Shown here in pieces: positions 22,721 to 34,322 of a stretch of 64,000 bases of DNA. The DNA comes from Guillardia theta CCMP2712 (taxonomy: Eukaryota > Protista > Cryptophyta): contig NW_005434658.1 of the NCBI RefSeq assembly GCF_000315625.1, positions 826,651 through 890,650 on the forward strand, in the 5' to 3' direction. Both the position numbers and the translations under genes were made by a program. Numbering within the stretch: position 1 is the stretch's first letter; each line of letters opens with the position of its first letter. The notes under the pieces were generated by a model. The model made no database searches. It saw only the letters and a list, made by a program, of their open reading frames with translations, and was not told the origin of the DNA.

Positions 22721-22864
22721 ATCATTCATAACAGTACATTTCAAAAAGGCGTGTAAAAAGCGGGATCCGCCTGTGATGGCAGGAGCGAGGGGTCGTGTCT
22801 AAGAGAGGCCATCTGATCATCCTTTGCCACCTCTCAACCTCTTTCTCTCTGCCTTGTGTTCAGC

Positions 22865-25160
22865 ATGGACACCCTTGTCCATGTCGAGGACGACAAGGAA
22901 AATGTGCACAACTGTAACAGCTCTCCTGCCCTCCCCAAGACTCTGAAGCGGGAAGCTCTCAACATCTCATCGAAACTCAAGGATGTAGCTGACTGTAGGA
23001 GCCCAGCACCAAAGTCTCGACCGTCTGTGCTGGCTCTTTGTGAGATGTCACCCATGTCCAAAAGCCCGCTCTCCATTCGGAGCCCTCTGCACGCACAAAC
23101 TCGGAGTCCGTTGCACAAGCCGAGGATGTCCGTCCTGGCCCTGGCAGAGATGAGCCCCATGGGTGAGAGTCCTTCGCTAGAGGACAATGCTGCAGAAGCC
23201 AAAAGCTGTGCCGGACAGCAGGCATTGTTTGCCGAAGTTATGCAGGAAATTGCTAACGACTTGAAGGACAAGGAGCTTGCAGGTTCCAAACCAGAAGAAG
23301 AAAACAAGAAAGGAGACGAAGGCATTATCACAAAGCAGGGAGACGTCTCGGTTAAGGAAGCAAACAAAGAGAAAGAAACAGCAACAGATGCGAAGGAGAA
23401 AGAAACAGCAACAGATGCGAAGGAGAAGGGTCCGACTTACAGAGGGCGGGAGAGCATCTTGTGGTTTCAGGACCTCGAGAAGGGGCAGACACGTGAGAGC
23501 TGTCTAGCAAACATTGATCTAACCACCCTGGTTGTCTGCTCCTGCCATGTCCTGTCATCTAACTTCTGTCATTGTAGGAAGAGGGGCCAGTGCTCAACCA
23601 AGAGGTTGAAACGAATCAGATGTCGTCTTGCGAGGTCGAGTTGCAAAAAGGAGAGAAATCGGATTGCAGCAGTTGTAAAGAGGAGAATTCCTTGTCACAC
23701 TCAGGAGTGAGGACAAGCTTCATCCCGACCACTCCCTCCTCCCTGGCCAAGAGAAACTCCTCAATCGCCTCCAAGCTTCGTCCTCCCTCCCCTAGGTGAC
23801 CCTCAGCAACTGAACCCTGACGGGACTGACGTTTCTTTCATCAGCGTCACGGCTCGTTGGGCTCCTAACGGCATCGACCGATGCTTCGGAAAATGGGGGC
23901 CGTCCGCCTCCTTTTACTTAGCTCCTCCGACGAGCTCAGAGACCGTAGGACGATGCATTAGCTCCTCGTCCAGTCTCAGTTTGTTGCAGCCTGCAGTAGA
24001 GACGACGAGCAGCAGAACAATCATCCAAGTGACCAAGGCGATGTCGATCGAGGTGGCAGAAGATGCGCTGGGAAGGAGCGAGCAGAGAAGCAAACTGCAT
24101 GTCCTGTGAGCGCTATCGATGGGCACATGTCGGTTGTATCTCACTCGCCGGCAGGTACAAGGATTCACTCATTACTAAGGATCAATATGACAATGCGATC
24201 AACGCTTTCCGACACTATGAAGGTGAATTTGCTTCCCCTTTTTATCAACTGTTGTTCTTCATGTCTGTGCTACAATGGTGCCTATGATGTCTCATGTCTC
24301 TGGAGTACCTTGACTTCGAAACTCTAACGATCGAACAACTTGAAACAACCTGAGTTCCCTCAGACCGGAATTCTTTGTTTTCTTCTCGATGTTATGTAGC
24401 CATGCAACTTTGTTGTCAAAAGATCTCAATCTCATCTTCTCATATGACATCTTGTCTTTGAATTCGCCAGAAGGAAAGACTCCAGGCAGCTTCCCGTCAG
24501 TTGAGGGAGAACGAAACAGCAGGAGGAATCCATCGGAAGGAGGGACCTTTGAATCAGCTAAGGCAAGGCTTCGTCCTCCTCCCCCGTGCTATCTTTTTAC
24601 ACTGCGCAGGAGAGATTCAAGGACAGGAGCAGCCACGAACCTCTGTTGGCCTCCAGCAAGGTCAACTGAGCTCATGCACCATTGCCCCCTCCTCAATGTA
24701 GTAGCAGGAGACGGTGTCTACACCGAAGAGGCATTCTTCCTCCCGTCCTCTCACGCCTAAGCGTACTGAAGTCCAGCCGTCCTGCTCTTGCTGATCAGAC
24801 GCTTGCAGGCTACTCGTCGCCTGCCCGCGACTCGTCGAAGACCGGCGGCCCTCCTGCCTCTCCGAGAGGCAAACGAGTAAGTGGAGCAGCGGGGCAGGAC
24901 AAGTCAACGAGCAGGTGAGCGGGATGGTTGGAAAGAAGCCACGTGACTCGCTCCTCTCAGCTACCAACCTCATCGCCTTTCCAGCTCGAGACCCTCCCAT
25001 GGCGAGAACGCAGGCCCCGGCACCTCATCGCCCATGCGAACCTCGTCGTCTCCTTATGTGCGCGAGAAGAAGGGCAGCAGCATACTCAACCAGCCCTTCC
25101 AAGCTCTTCGCTCCACTCCCGGTACTCGCAGTCTTGTCCACCTCCCTTGGCTGACCGAAT
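22865..25160 (+). CDS. Hypothetical Ser/Pro-rich protein, multi-exon (could be two genes)
   Basis: Long first exon MDTLVHVEDDKENVHNCNSSP... has a KEN-like box, many SP sites and a 27-nt duplication (EKETATDAK x2). A chain of plausible short introns runs to ...LVHLPWLTE*. No recognisable domain. Confidence 0.5.
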
Positions 25161-25259
25161 GACAGTTCGAGCAGCGCAGAGGCCTCGAGGAGGTAGAGAA
25201 TGAAAAGCTGATTGTAGAGGGAAAGAAGGGCAAGGGGAAGTCCCAAGGCGGCAGGGCCA

Positions 25260-25472
25260 TCAAACATGAGCTTGCTGGATCAGCAGCAGGTTGCCGTCGG
25301 GATCTCTCAACGTGATGGAAGTCTCTCCATCCTCGTCCAGCTCTCTCTCTACAATGCTCCCACCCGCAGCCTGTAACGCTGGTCATCAGCTACTTGACCC
25401 TCCAAGGGAAGCAATTCACCTCCACCTCCCCCTGGAGTTTTTGTACATCTGCCTCAGTCTGATTGCAGAGAG
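25260..25472 (-). CDS. Two exons encoding a VOC/glyoxalase-like beta-alpha-beta-beta-beta module, probably a spliced C-terminal extension of rsmI
   Basis: Exons 25472-25420 and 25370-25260 (49-nt GT-AG intron) translate LCNQTEADVQKLQGEVEAAGGSIVERELDEDGETSITLRDPDGNLLLIQQAHV*. The 'AAGGxIV...RDPDGN' pattern is the VOC signature. Confidence 0.6.
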
Positions 25473-25542
25473 CTGAGCATAAAAGACTCATCATGACAAG
25501 CTAATCGATTTTACCTTGTCAACTTGTGTGTTTTAGCCACTT

Positions 25543-27098
25543 TCACTTGCCTAGTGCTGATCTCTGCTGATCCCGATCCTCCTCATCCTCCTCCTCCTCC
25601 TCCTCCTGTTCTTGCTTGAAGTCCAAGGCAAACTGCTTCAATCGATTCTTCTTCACATCGAAGAGCTCTGCGACAGCTTTCACAGCTGACGACACAGGGA
25701 TCCCGTGGGAGATGAACGAGCGGAGCACTCGGGCAGCGAGAGAATCGTCTTCTCGCGATGACGCTGGTGAAGCGTTTCCTTCGATGACCTGGTCAGACAT
25801 CAGCTGAAACAGAAGATACTCCCCTCGTCTTGTTTCTGGTCACCAGCGTGAACTCTCCTCTGGGCGATCGTTTCTGAAAGTGGCTGAGAGCTTCCCGAAG
25901 TTTGCCTGCAAACACTTCCTCATGGATCTTTGTGAGCTCCCTTGCAACTATGACCTGAGAGAAGGGTGACTTGAAGGCAGACAAAAGAGCTGACTACATC
26001 TCTATCAGGACAGTGAGCACATAGGTCTTCTAGGGTCGCCAGCAGCCGATGAGGTGCTTCATACAAGACCATCGGGGAGGGTGAGGAAACGACCTGTACA
26101 GTGTCAGCGAGCGCTAGAGCAGCAGGATCAGGTGCTCAGAGAGTCTCACTCTTTCAACAAACTGCTGGCGCATGGAGCCTTTGGCTGGTATGAAGCCTCC
26201 GAAGCAGAACCCTTCCTTGGCCATGCCCGAGATGCTGACCGCAGCCACCTGAACCGCGTCAGCTGGAGTCGCATCAGCATGAAGCTACCGCTGCACATGC
26301 ACCAGGGATGGGCTCAACTCTGATCCCTTCCTGCAGACATGCTCGGACAACTTCAGTCCCTGGGTCCGAGATAGCAGGAGTGCCGGCATCGCTGACGATG
26401 GCAATGCTGCGACCTGCCCTTGCCATGTTGACGATCTCAGAAACCGATCCCTGCCCTGTCCAACGTGCATCAGGGTGACTGAGTTTGAAACCTTGAGCTA
26501 TGACATACTGTTGTGCTCATGGTGACTGATCTGAGGCGTCTTTATGTCGAAGTGCTTCAACATCCGTCCCGTCCTCCTGCTCTCGCGATCAGTCACAACA
26601 CGGACAGCGCACAAGAAGGTGCCTCGTGTCCTCGCTCGCGATCACATCTACTTGCTTCAGAACGTTCACGGCACGTACGGTCATGTCGTTGAGATTGCCG
26701 ATGGGTGTCGCCACTACATAGAGAGTCCCAGCTTGCACTTGAACTGTCCTTGCCTCCTCCTCTACCTCCTCCTCCTCAGGACTGCTAGCAGTCATCCGCA
26801 GGAGAAATGACGGTCTTTCCCCCCTACCGAGCGATATGGCTGCGGGTTTCTCGAAGCAGCATGGCGCTCTAGCGCTGGAACTGAACGAACTCGGTGCAGT
26901 CAGGAATGCTAACTTCGAGCTCTGCTGCAAATTCAGCCCTGCTCTTCCTCCCGAAGAAGCAGCAGAGCTCGATGGCATCAGTACGTAACCTTCTCCTCCT
27001 CTCCCACCACCGCCTCTCCCTCCTCCTCCTCCCATGGTCTCTATCGCCATCAGGATAACTGCAAACACCACCTTCACCTCCAGCGGGCGGATCCACAT
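25543..27098 (-). CDS. rsmI: 16S rRNA (cytidine-1402-2'-O)-methyltransferase RsmI, organelle-targeted
   Basis: [49 protein letters not shown] and [13 protein letters not shown]...RGEFTLV. A long N-terminal leader with a hydrophobic segment and a Ser-rich transit-like region precedes the domain. Confidence 0.92.
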
Positions 27099-27143
27099 GC
27101 TGGAAACGACAAAACAGAGAATCAGTGAGTCGAAGTGGTTGAG

Positions 27144-27355
27144 TCTTCACGTTCAGTCTACAACTTCTCTCTGGTCATTCATAATTTCAGACTCATTCTT
27201 CACGTTCAGTCTACAACTTGTCTTTGGTCATTCATAATTTCAGACTCATTCTTCACGTTCAGTCTACAACTTCTCTCTGGTCATTCATAATTTCAGACTC
27301 ATTCTTCACGTTCAGTCTACAACTTCTCTCTGGTCAATCATAATTTCAGACTCAT
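27144..27355. repeat. Tandem minisatellite, 4 x 53 bp
   Basis: Unit TCTTCACGTTCAGTCTACAACTTCTCTCTGGTCATTCATAATTTCAGACTCAT starts at 27144, 27197, 27250 and 27303, with few substitutions and no spacers. Confidence 0.95.
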
Positions 27356-27551
27356 TTCATAACTTTCGTCTTCTCCTCCAACGAGATTTCAACGATCCGC
27401 CAGCAACAAAGTGCCATTGCGCCCCTTCCTTATCTTTTGATCACCCCTACCCCCTAAATCCAAAATTTTCTGTTGTGTACCCCATCTTTCCTTATAAATG
27501 AGTACCCATCTCATGTCACCCAACCCCTATTCCTCCACAGTATCGCCAAGC

Positions 27552-27676
27552 ATGGTGGCCGTGAAGGTGATAGTGGCGCTGATTGCCATGGGGGTTGCCT
27601 GCATGGGGGAGACGAAGAGGCAGATAGGTGAGCGATGAATGTCTGAAGACAACAATGGCGAAGACAACAGCAGCAA

Positions 27677-27707
<31 letters not shown>

Positions 27708-29427
27708 GATCATGATGATTATGTTGTATGATGATTTTGTATGATGATGATTGGAAGTGGAAGGGTGATCATAATTGGAGGACAATGATGAAGATACGAA
27801 GAAAGTAGCAATAATAGTGGGAGGAGGAGGAGGAGGAGGGAGGGAGGGGGAGGGGGGGGGGGGAGGCGGGGGGGGAGGGGGGGGGGGGAAGCAGTGATGC
27901 CACATGACTGCCTTCTGTAGACGATCGTTGCATGAACGAACAAACCCATCGGGTCATTCAAAGGTAGAGAATTTTTGGCCCTCACGCAAGCGCACCAACC
28001 AACCTTCTTCCAGATGGCAGACGGTTCAGGCAAACAGCAGCGCACCTGTCGTTATCATACATCCACAGTACGGGCTAGTGAGTTCATTCACTATTTCAGC
28101 CTCTTCCACTGATTTTCCCTTCTGCTCTCTGCTCTTCCCAGGGGAATCGCATGCTGAGTGTAGCCTCTGCCTTTGCGCTGTCTTTGAGCACCAGCAGGAG
28201 ATTCTTTGTGGAGTGGGAAGAACCATTTGAAAGCTTGTTCGAGCCAGCATTTGACTTGCACTTGTCTTCTTTTCGCCGGGAGGGGGCAAGGAACAAGATG
28301 CTGAGGATGGATCTAACTGCAAACTCTCCGTTTCTACAGCCCAGCTCTGAGAAGCTGGGGTGTCATGATGTGATGTCAGACACGATGAGTTTCGAGATAA
28401 TTTCCGACCAGTACTTCCTGCCATTGCTCCTTGTGAATCCTTTCATTCGCAAAAATATCCAGCAAATTGGCTCCGATCTTCGTGGTTGCCTGCCAGAACT
28501 ACATGGCAGTGAGAGGGAGGATGCTGAAGTCTCTCATGAGTCTCTTATCTTGACGATGATTGCACGTTGGTTGTTCAGACCCAACAAAAGGATCCGCAAG
28601 GCAGTTGATACTTTCGAGATGCAGCGAGGAGGAGGAAGATGCGAAGTTGGGGTACACCTGAGAACCCCGATGTTCGAATTCGAGTACAAGCAGGTCCCGA
28701 ATCCAAGGCTTGTTCCAGCTCTTATGACATCATGCCTCAGGTACCTCAAGTCGACTCGGAAGTTGCGCTGGAGTGCGGCAGGAATTTGTTGCTCAACCGA
28801 TCGAGTGATACGAGCGCCGGGGGTGGGGAGGAGGCGGGCTGGATGTTTCTTTCGACAACGTCGGACGAAGTCAAAGTGCTAGCGAGGGAGATGCTGGCGG
28901 GAAACGTCACGTTCACAAGAGGGGCTACGAAGAGACTGCAGGAGGATGGGAGGGGAGAGACGCAGGCCCTGATGGACTTGCTGCTGCTGTCAAGGTGTAG
29001 GTCGTTGGTAGCATCCGTTCATTCAACCTTCAGGTCCCCTGTCCTCTTCTCTGCCGCTCCTCCCTGACGATGCGAAGCTACTCTGCCTCCATGTTCTCTC
29101 CTCTCCGCCCGTGGGTTGTGACGTCCGCAACTCGTCAAGTGTCCTTCAAGCTCATGCTCTTCCCCAGCAAGTGACCCAGTGCCACAGGGGGAAGTTTGGT
29201 TCGAGGGTTCCCAGCGGAGTGAGTGCGTGAGAAGTCGACAAGTGGAGGTAGACGACTGGTCGTTGAGCGTGAGACTAACTGCCGAGCAGCCTTGCTTCCA
29301 TGCAGGCGCCAAGGTACTACCGTTGCTGTCTTGCTATCAGAGCGAAGCCTCGGATTTCCAGGGGATGAGGAGCAGAAGATGCGGAGGGGAGAAGTGCGAT
29401 GGCGACGAACATGCGTGTTGGTATTGA
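27552..29427 (+). CDS. Fucosyltransferase-like glycosyltransferase (GT37 / xyloglucan FUT-like, GT-B fold)
   Basis: Exon 1 MVAVKVIVALIAMGVACM is a signal or anchor. Spliced motifs QYGL|GNRMLSVASAFALS, DQYFLPLL, VGVHLR, ALMDLLLLSRCRSLVASVHSTFS and EQPCFHA parallel the GT37 motifs GLGNR, GIQVR, ALAEMYLLS...STFG and EPCFH. Confidence 0.75.
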
Positions 29428-29458
29428 GAAAAAGGAAGTAAGAGAACAGCTGCAAGAT

Positions 29459-31229
29459 TCAGCTCAAGTCGACTTCGTCCATGAAGGATATCAGCCCCTG
29501 TGTGAGGTCAGGGGAGGAGGTCAAAAGACTCGAGGAAATCAGTCTCGATGAATACCTGCACAAAGTCTTCTTTCTCCTTCTCTTCTGTGGCGGGGCTACA
29601 AAGATTTGAAGGGTCCTTCGTTTCAAGAACCTGAGCTCGTCAACCACTCAGCCTTGTCCTCCTCCTCCTCCTCCTCCTCCTCCTCCTCCTCCTCCTCCTC
29701 CTCCTCCTCCTCCTCCTCCTCCTTCTGTTGTCCCACCTTGACGCCAGGAGGTGCGGTCGTCCCTGCTTCCATTGATGCGAAAATGAGCGACGCGACAGAT
29801 TTAGCAGTCTTCTCCTGCTTTGCAAAACTTGCCGCAACCTGGAAGACAGCAGCCTTTTCACTGTATTCTCAAGGGCTAGAGGGCAGTGGGAAGGAGGAGA
29901 GACGCAGAAAACATAGATCAGCGAAATGACGCAGGCCGAAAGTCAGGGAGGGAGGGAGGGAGCAGTACGAAGATACAGCAATGTCTTGCAGAAGATAAAC
30001 AAATAGTAGCAGGGCACGGGAGCAGAAGAAGAGCCGTTACCTTGGCACCAAACCCGTTACCGAGGACGTGAACTTGATCCACTTTCAATGTCTTCGAGAT
30101 GTCTGCCCATAGCCTCTGCCCTTGCACACATGAGTCCCCTCTCCTCCTTCCTTTCGCCCCCACCGTCAGTTCTTCTACCGCAAAGCTCTCGGCATTGGCT
30201 GGGTTTGACGACAGAGCTTGTCTGCGGGTGAGACCATCAATGTAGGAAAAATTGGGAGTCAGGGATGGGAGCGAGGAAGGGACGACGAGTAGGGGAGTGA
30301 AGGAGGGACGGTGAAGGGTGGGGGAGTGCAGGAGGGAGTGAGGAAGGACAAGTGGGGGAGAGTGAGGGAGGGAGAGGGAGGGAGGGAGGGAGGGAGGGAG
30401 GGAGGGAGGGAGGGAGGGAGGGAGGGAGGGAGGGAGGGAGGGGGAGTGAGATAGTGACAATGTTCACTTCTTCTCAGATTCCCTCCCCTCTCACTCACCG
30501 AGTTTCTGCTGGAAGAGGCTCGGACAATCCTGTCCCTAGAGCATCGTAAAGGATCACCTGATCTCCTTGTCACTCAGAGGTAGAGGAGGAGGAGGGTCAG
30601 CAGACCCTTCTGTCAGATGTGCAGACAGCTTCCATGACAGTGAGATACTCGTGATCTTTGAACTTGTCCGCAATGACAAGCAGAGGCTTCCGCTTCCCCT
30701 CCTTCCCTGCTCTGCGTCAGGAAGTGAAAGGGGCAAGGGCAGCGTCACCTTTCACTTTCGATCTCTCCTTCGATTCATCTCCCACCACCCGGTAGAAGAC
30801 TTCTCGCTTGTTGCTGCTTACTGATCCCTCCGTCGCTACGGTCACTGTCTCCTCGGACCTTCGCTCCATCAGTACACCCTCGTCTCCTCTCCAAACCTAC
30901 CAGGGCATCCAGAATTCCCATGACCGCGGCTTTGTCCCACAGAGAGCGTCGCTGCTCCGAGCCTGTGACAGGACGAGCACGTTCCCTGCTGCGAGCCTCA
31001 ACATCTTCCCGATGGCAGTTCTGCGATCCTCTCCTTGCTCCTGTTCCATGCGCAGACATGGCGCGATGGGTGATCGGATGCCCGTCGTTCCCGTGATGAG
31101 CGGGAAAGTTCCATGCAGAGAGGGATGAGGAGGAGAGAAAGAAGAGGAGGAGCGGAGGAGGAGCGAAGGCGAGAAGGCGTTTGTAACGCCTGCATGAACC
31201 AGCGCCAGCATCACGGCGGCCGCTGCCAT
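29459..31229 (-). CDS. Alpha/beta-hydrolase-fold protein (proline iminopeptidase-like) with signal, transit and twin-arginine leader; nucleophile motif degenerate
   Basis: Leader MAAAAVMLALVHAGVTNAF, then a transit-like region, then DRRTAIGKMLRLAAGNVLVLSQARSSDA. Mature exons include VFYRVVG, PLLVIADKFKDHEYL, RVILYDALGTGLS and VHVLGNGFGAK. Confidence 0.7.
30367..30440. repeat. (GGGA)n microsatellite in intron
   Basis: Direct observation. Confidence 0.9.
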
Positions 31230-31725
31230 GACGAAAAGTTTGCGGCTAACAGGAGGGGTTCTCGTTTCTTTTGATGGGGTGGTAGGATAACCGGGTGATC
31301 CAATTCCCCGCATGGTACAAATCAAGGAAGGGGGATGGAGGGGGTTATAAATTATTTCGCAGGGTGCCTAGTGTATGAGGGGTACCTAACTTGTCAACGG
31401 ACAGCGAAAATGGAAAGGAAGGGTAGCAAGGAAACATGCATGAAGGGAAAGAAGAATAGACAGTGCAAAGGGAAGAGGAAAGGAAAGAGCAGAGAAGAAG
31501 AGATATGAAGGAAGGGGAGATCGCATGCCCGTAAAAGGTGTCATGAAGCTCAAAGAATCTCCTATCCTAGGCAAGAAACGAAAGCAGTTTTGCACAGGAC
31601 ATGGCAGCAGCAATAGAGAGCGTAAAGTGGCTATTTTCTCCCATGATGTTCTCTTGCAGGAACAAAGCACTGACATGATAGAGCGATGAAGATGCATGAA
31701 AAATAGCATTGCTCCTCTCACACTC

Positions 31726-34322
31726 CATGGAGGAGATCAACAGAGACGGGGCATACAGGTGTTTCGAGGAAGGTACTCGTAAACACATGGCCCATGGCTG
31801 TTGTGATGTTGTCCCCCAGGGAAAGAGCTTCTGGGAGACAACTTCAGCAATGTAGAGACAGCATTGGCGAAGATCAGTGAGATGTTGCGGTGAGAAGGGT
31901 TGGAGCTCATCATGTTCTTTCAGCCAAGGCCATCTACTTGTGGGACGAGGATCCCGATTTCTTCGAGGAGAGAGGCAAGGTTTATCTTCACCTGAAAGAC
32001 TACAAGATGGCCATATCAAACTTCAAACAAGCGCTCAGGTCATTCTTAGTCTCTGAATGCACATCCACATCCACATCCACATTCATGGGCTCGCAGCGTA
32101 AGAAAGCATTGGAGCTGAAACAGTTGCAACAGGCTGTACACGAACAAACCGGCAGAGTTGAAGCGACTCACGTCCAACCTGCTGGATGCGGAGGTGCCGC
32201 TGGTGCTCAGGGTTTCTCGTTGCTGACTTACCTCAAGGGTCTCTGTAGGGTGCGGTCAAAGCAGTTCGCCGAAGCTGTCTTCCTCTTTTCCTCTGCGCTC
32301 GAAGTCGATCCCTCCAACCTCTACCTCCACGTCCACCATTCTCTTGCTCTCCTTGGCCAGGGCAAGACATCTCAGGCGATGGGCGGGCTGATGACGTACC
32401 TTGAGGGAGACTCCGAGCACCCAACCGCACGTGCGGGCATTCATGTCTTGGTAGCGAAGCTCCACAAGCAGATGAAGAATCCAACGACGGCAGCCCATCA
32501 CATCCACGAGGCGATGCGGCTCGAGCCCAACGACCCGGAGGCCCTGCTGTTATACACGCAGCTGAAGGGACGGGCCGGAGAGTTGTACGAGGAAGCCACG
32601 GACTTTCTGCTGAGGAATGAGCCGAGGAAGGTGCGGGCCCTCCTGCCATGAGACGAGAGATGCTCTGAGTTTCAGTAGGCCATCAACAGCTTGAATCATG
32701 CCATCGAGCTCGACGATCGCGACCCGCGTTTCTTCATTCGCCGGGGAGTCATTTACAGGCAGCTGGGGCAGTACAACGAGGCCGTCATGGACTTGGAGCA
32801 CGTGAAGAACGAGGGGCAGCAGCTGGTGTGACTGAGAGCGCCGCAGGTGACTGAGCTCAATCATGACAACAAGGACGCAGAACGTCAGCTTGCTATCACC
32901 TACAACCAGCTGGTGTCATGCGCCTCTCCTGCTGACCCGCAATGCCTCTGAATCTCTTGTGGAAGGCCATCGAGCTCTACGCAGCTCGGGACTTGCAACG
33001 GGCGCTGTCGGTGTACAACCTCGCTTTGAAGCACGATCCCGCATCCTCGAGTGTGTGGGTGAGAAGCTCGAGGTCTTGCGGCCTTGCGGGGGCTGACGGA
33101 GGCCAGGTGAACCGAGGTGACTGCTATCGAGAGCTGCAGGAAATCGGCCTTGCCCTCCAGGTGTGACCCTGCTCTTCATTTCTCTCTTCTTGCACGTGAG
33201 GAGACCGAGGCGTTGATGACGTCACAGGACTATCTGACTGCGCACAACCTCAACCCGAAGGACAAGTTGTCTCCCCCATGTGCTTGACGTGAGCTGGTAG
33301 TGACGACGTGGCTCCTTCAGGGACATCAGGATCCGGCTCAGCACCCTCTTCGATGCCCGCGGGCTCACCTACTTTGATCGAGGGATGCACATGGAGGTTC
33401 GAAAAGAAGATTTGATGTTCGCCTCCCCTCTGCTAACCGTCCTCCTGCGGCAGGCAGAGACTGAGTTCTCCAACGCCATCAAGTATCTCCCGCAGGTGCC
33501 CGGAGGGAGCAGGAAGATCGTTCTCCGCTTCCTCACGGTCTGTGCAGGTCTACCACTACTATCTCCATCGGGCGTCTGCCGCGTACCTGCAAGGGAACTT
33601 GAAGCAGGTGGAGCAAGCCTCTGTGCTTCTTCCTGCATTGAACCTCCCGCAGGCTTTCGAGGATTACAAGAAGGTAGTCGAGCTGGACCCCACCAACGAG
33701 ATCGCCTGGGCTCGCCTGCAGAGCTTCGGGGATGTCTCTGAGCTCGCAAGCAAGCCGGCAGTAGCCCGCAAGAGCTCGCTCCCGTCTCTGAAGGCCAACC
33801 AAGGTCACCTCCCTCCTCTCAACCCCAGGCGTCCTCACCCTCGTCCTCACCCTCCTCAAGGAACCCTTGCCTTTCTCCCCTCCATGCCCTCCTGCCCGAG
33901 CTCACTTCTTCTCTAGTAGAACCCAAGAAGCTGCCGCACGTGCGGGATCGATCGCCTGTCCGTCTTAGTTCTGGTTGGTGCTGTTGTGTTTGACTGGTCG
34001 TGAGCTGACGAGGATGAAGGCGAGCGAGAGTTCTATGACGATCTCATAGCGAGGAGGACGAGAGTGAGGTACGGGCACTCATCTCCCTCATGCGACCTTG
34101 TGAGGACATGGCAGAGATTCGCTGAGATCGCAACTTGGCTACAAGACAGACAAGAAGCTTGATACTCGCCCCGTCGGTGTGCTTGCCTCCCTTGCTTCCC
34201 TTCCCGTCCTTTCTTCCACTTCCTTTCTTGCTCCACCTTTTGTACCTTCTGCCTGCATCTTTCTCATGTTGTCTTCGCAGATGTTCGATTCAAAGACACC
34301 AGACAAGGTTCCTTCACTCTGA
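31726..34322 (+). CDS. Tetratricopeptide repeat protein (TTC16-like); start approximate
   Basis: Successive TPR exons: KAIYLWDEDPDFFEERGKVYLHLKDYKMAISNFKQAL, AINSLNHAIELDDRDPRFFIRRGVIYRQLGQYNEAVMDL, VNRGDCYRELQEIGLAL and AFEDYKKVVELDPTNEIA. Confidence 0.85.

Noticed and set aside
22053-22744. Multiple overlapping ORFs on both strands
   Set aside because: Stop-poor, very GC-rich sequence gives Arg/Pro/Gly/Ala-biased translations with no domain; treated as a non-coding island.
27144-27355. CRISPR-like array
   Set aside because: Units are contiguous with no unique spacers, there are no cas genes, and the context is eukaryotic and intron-rich; it is a minisatellite.
3533-31229. Functional cluster of plastid-targeted genes (M48, rsmI, lumen hydrolase)
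   Set aside because: They are interspersed with unrelated genes and share no evident pathway; no evidence for an operon-like system.
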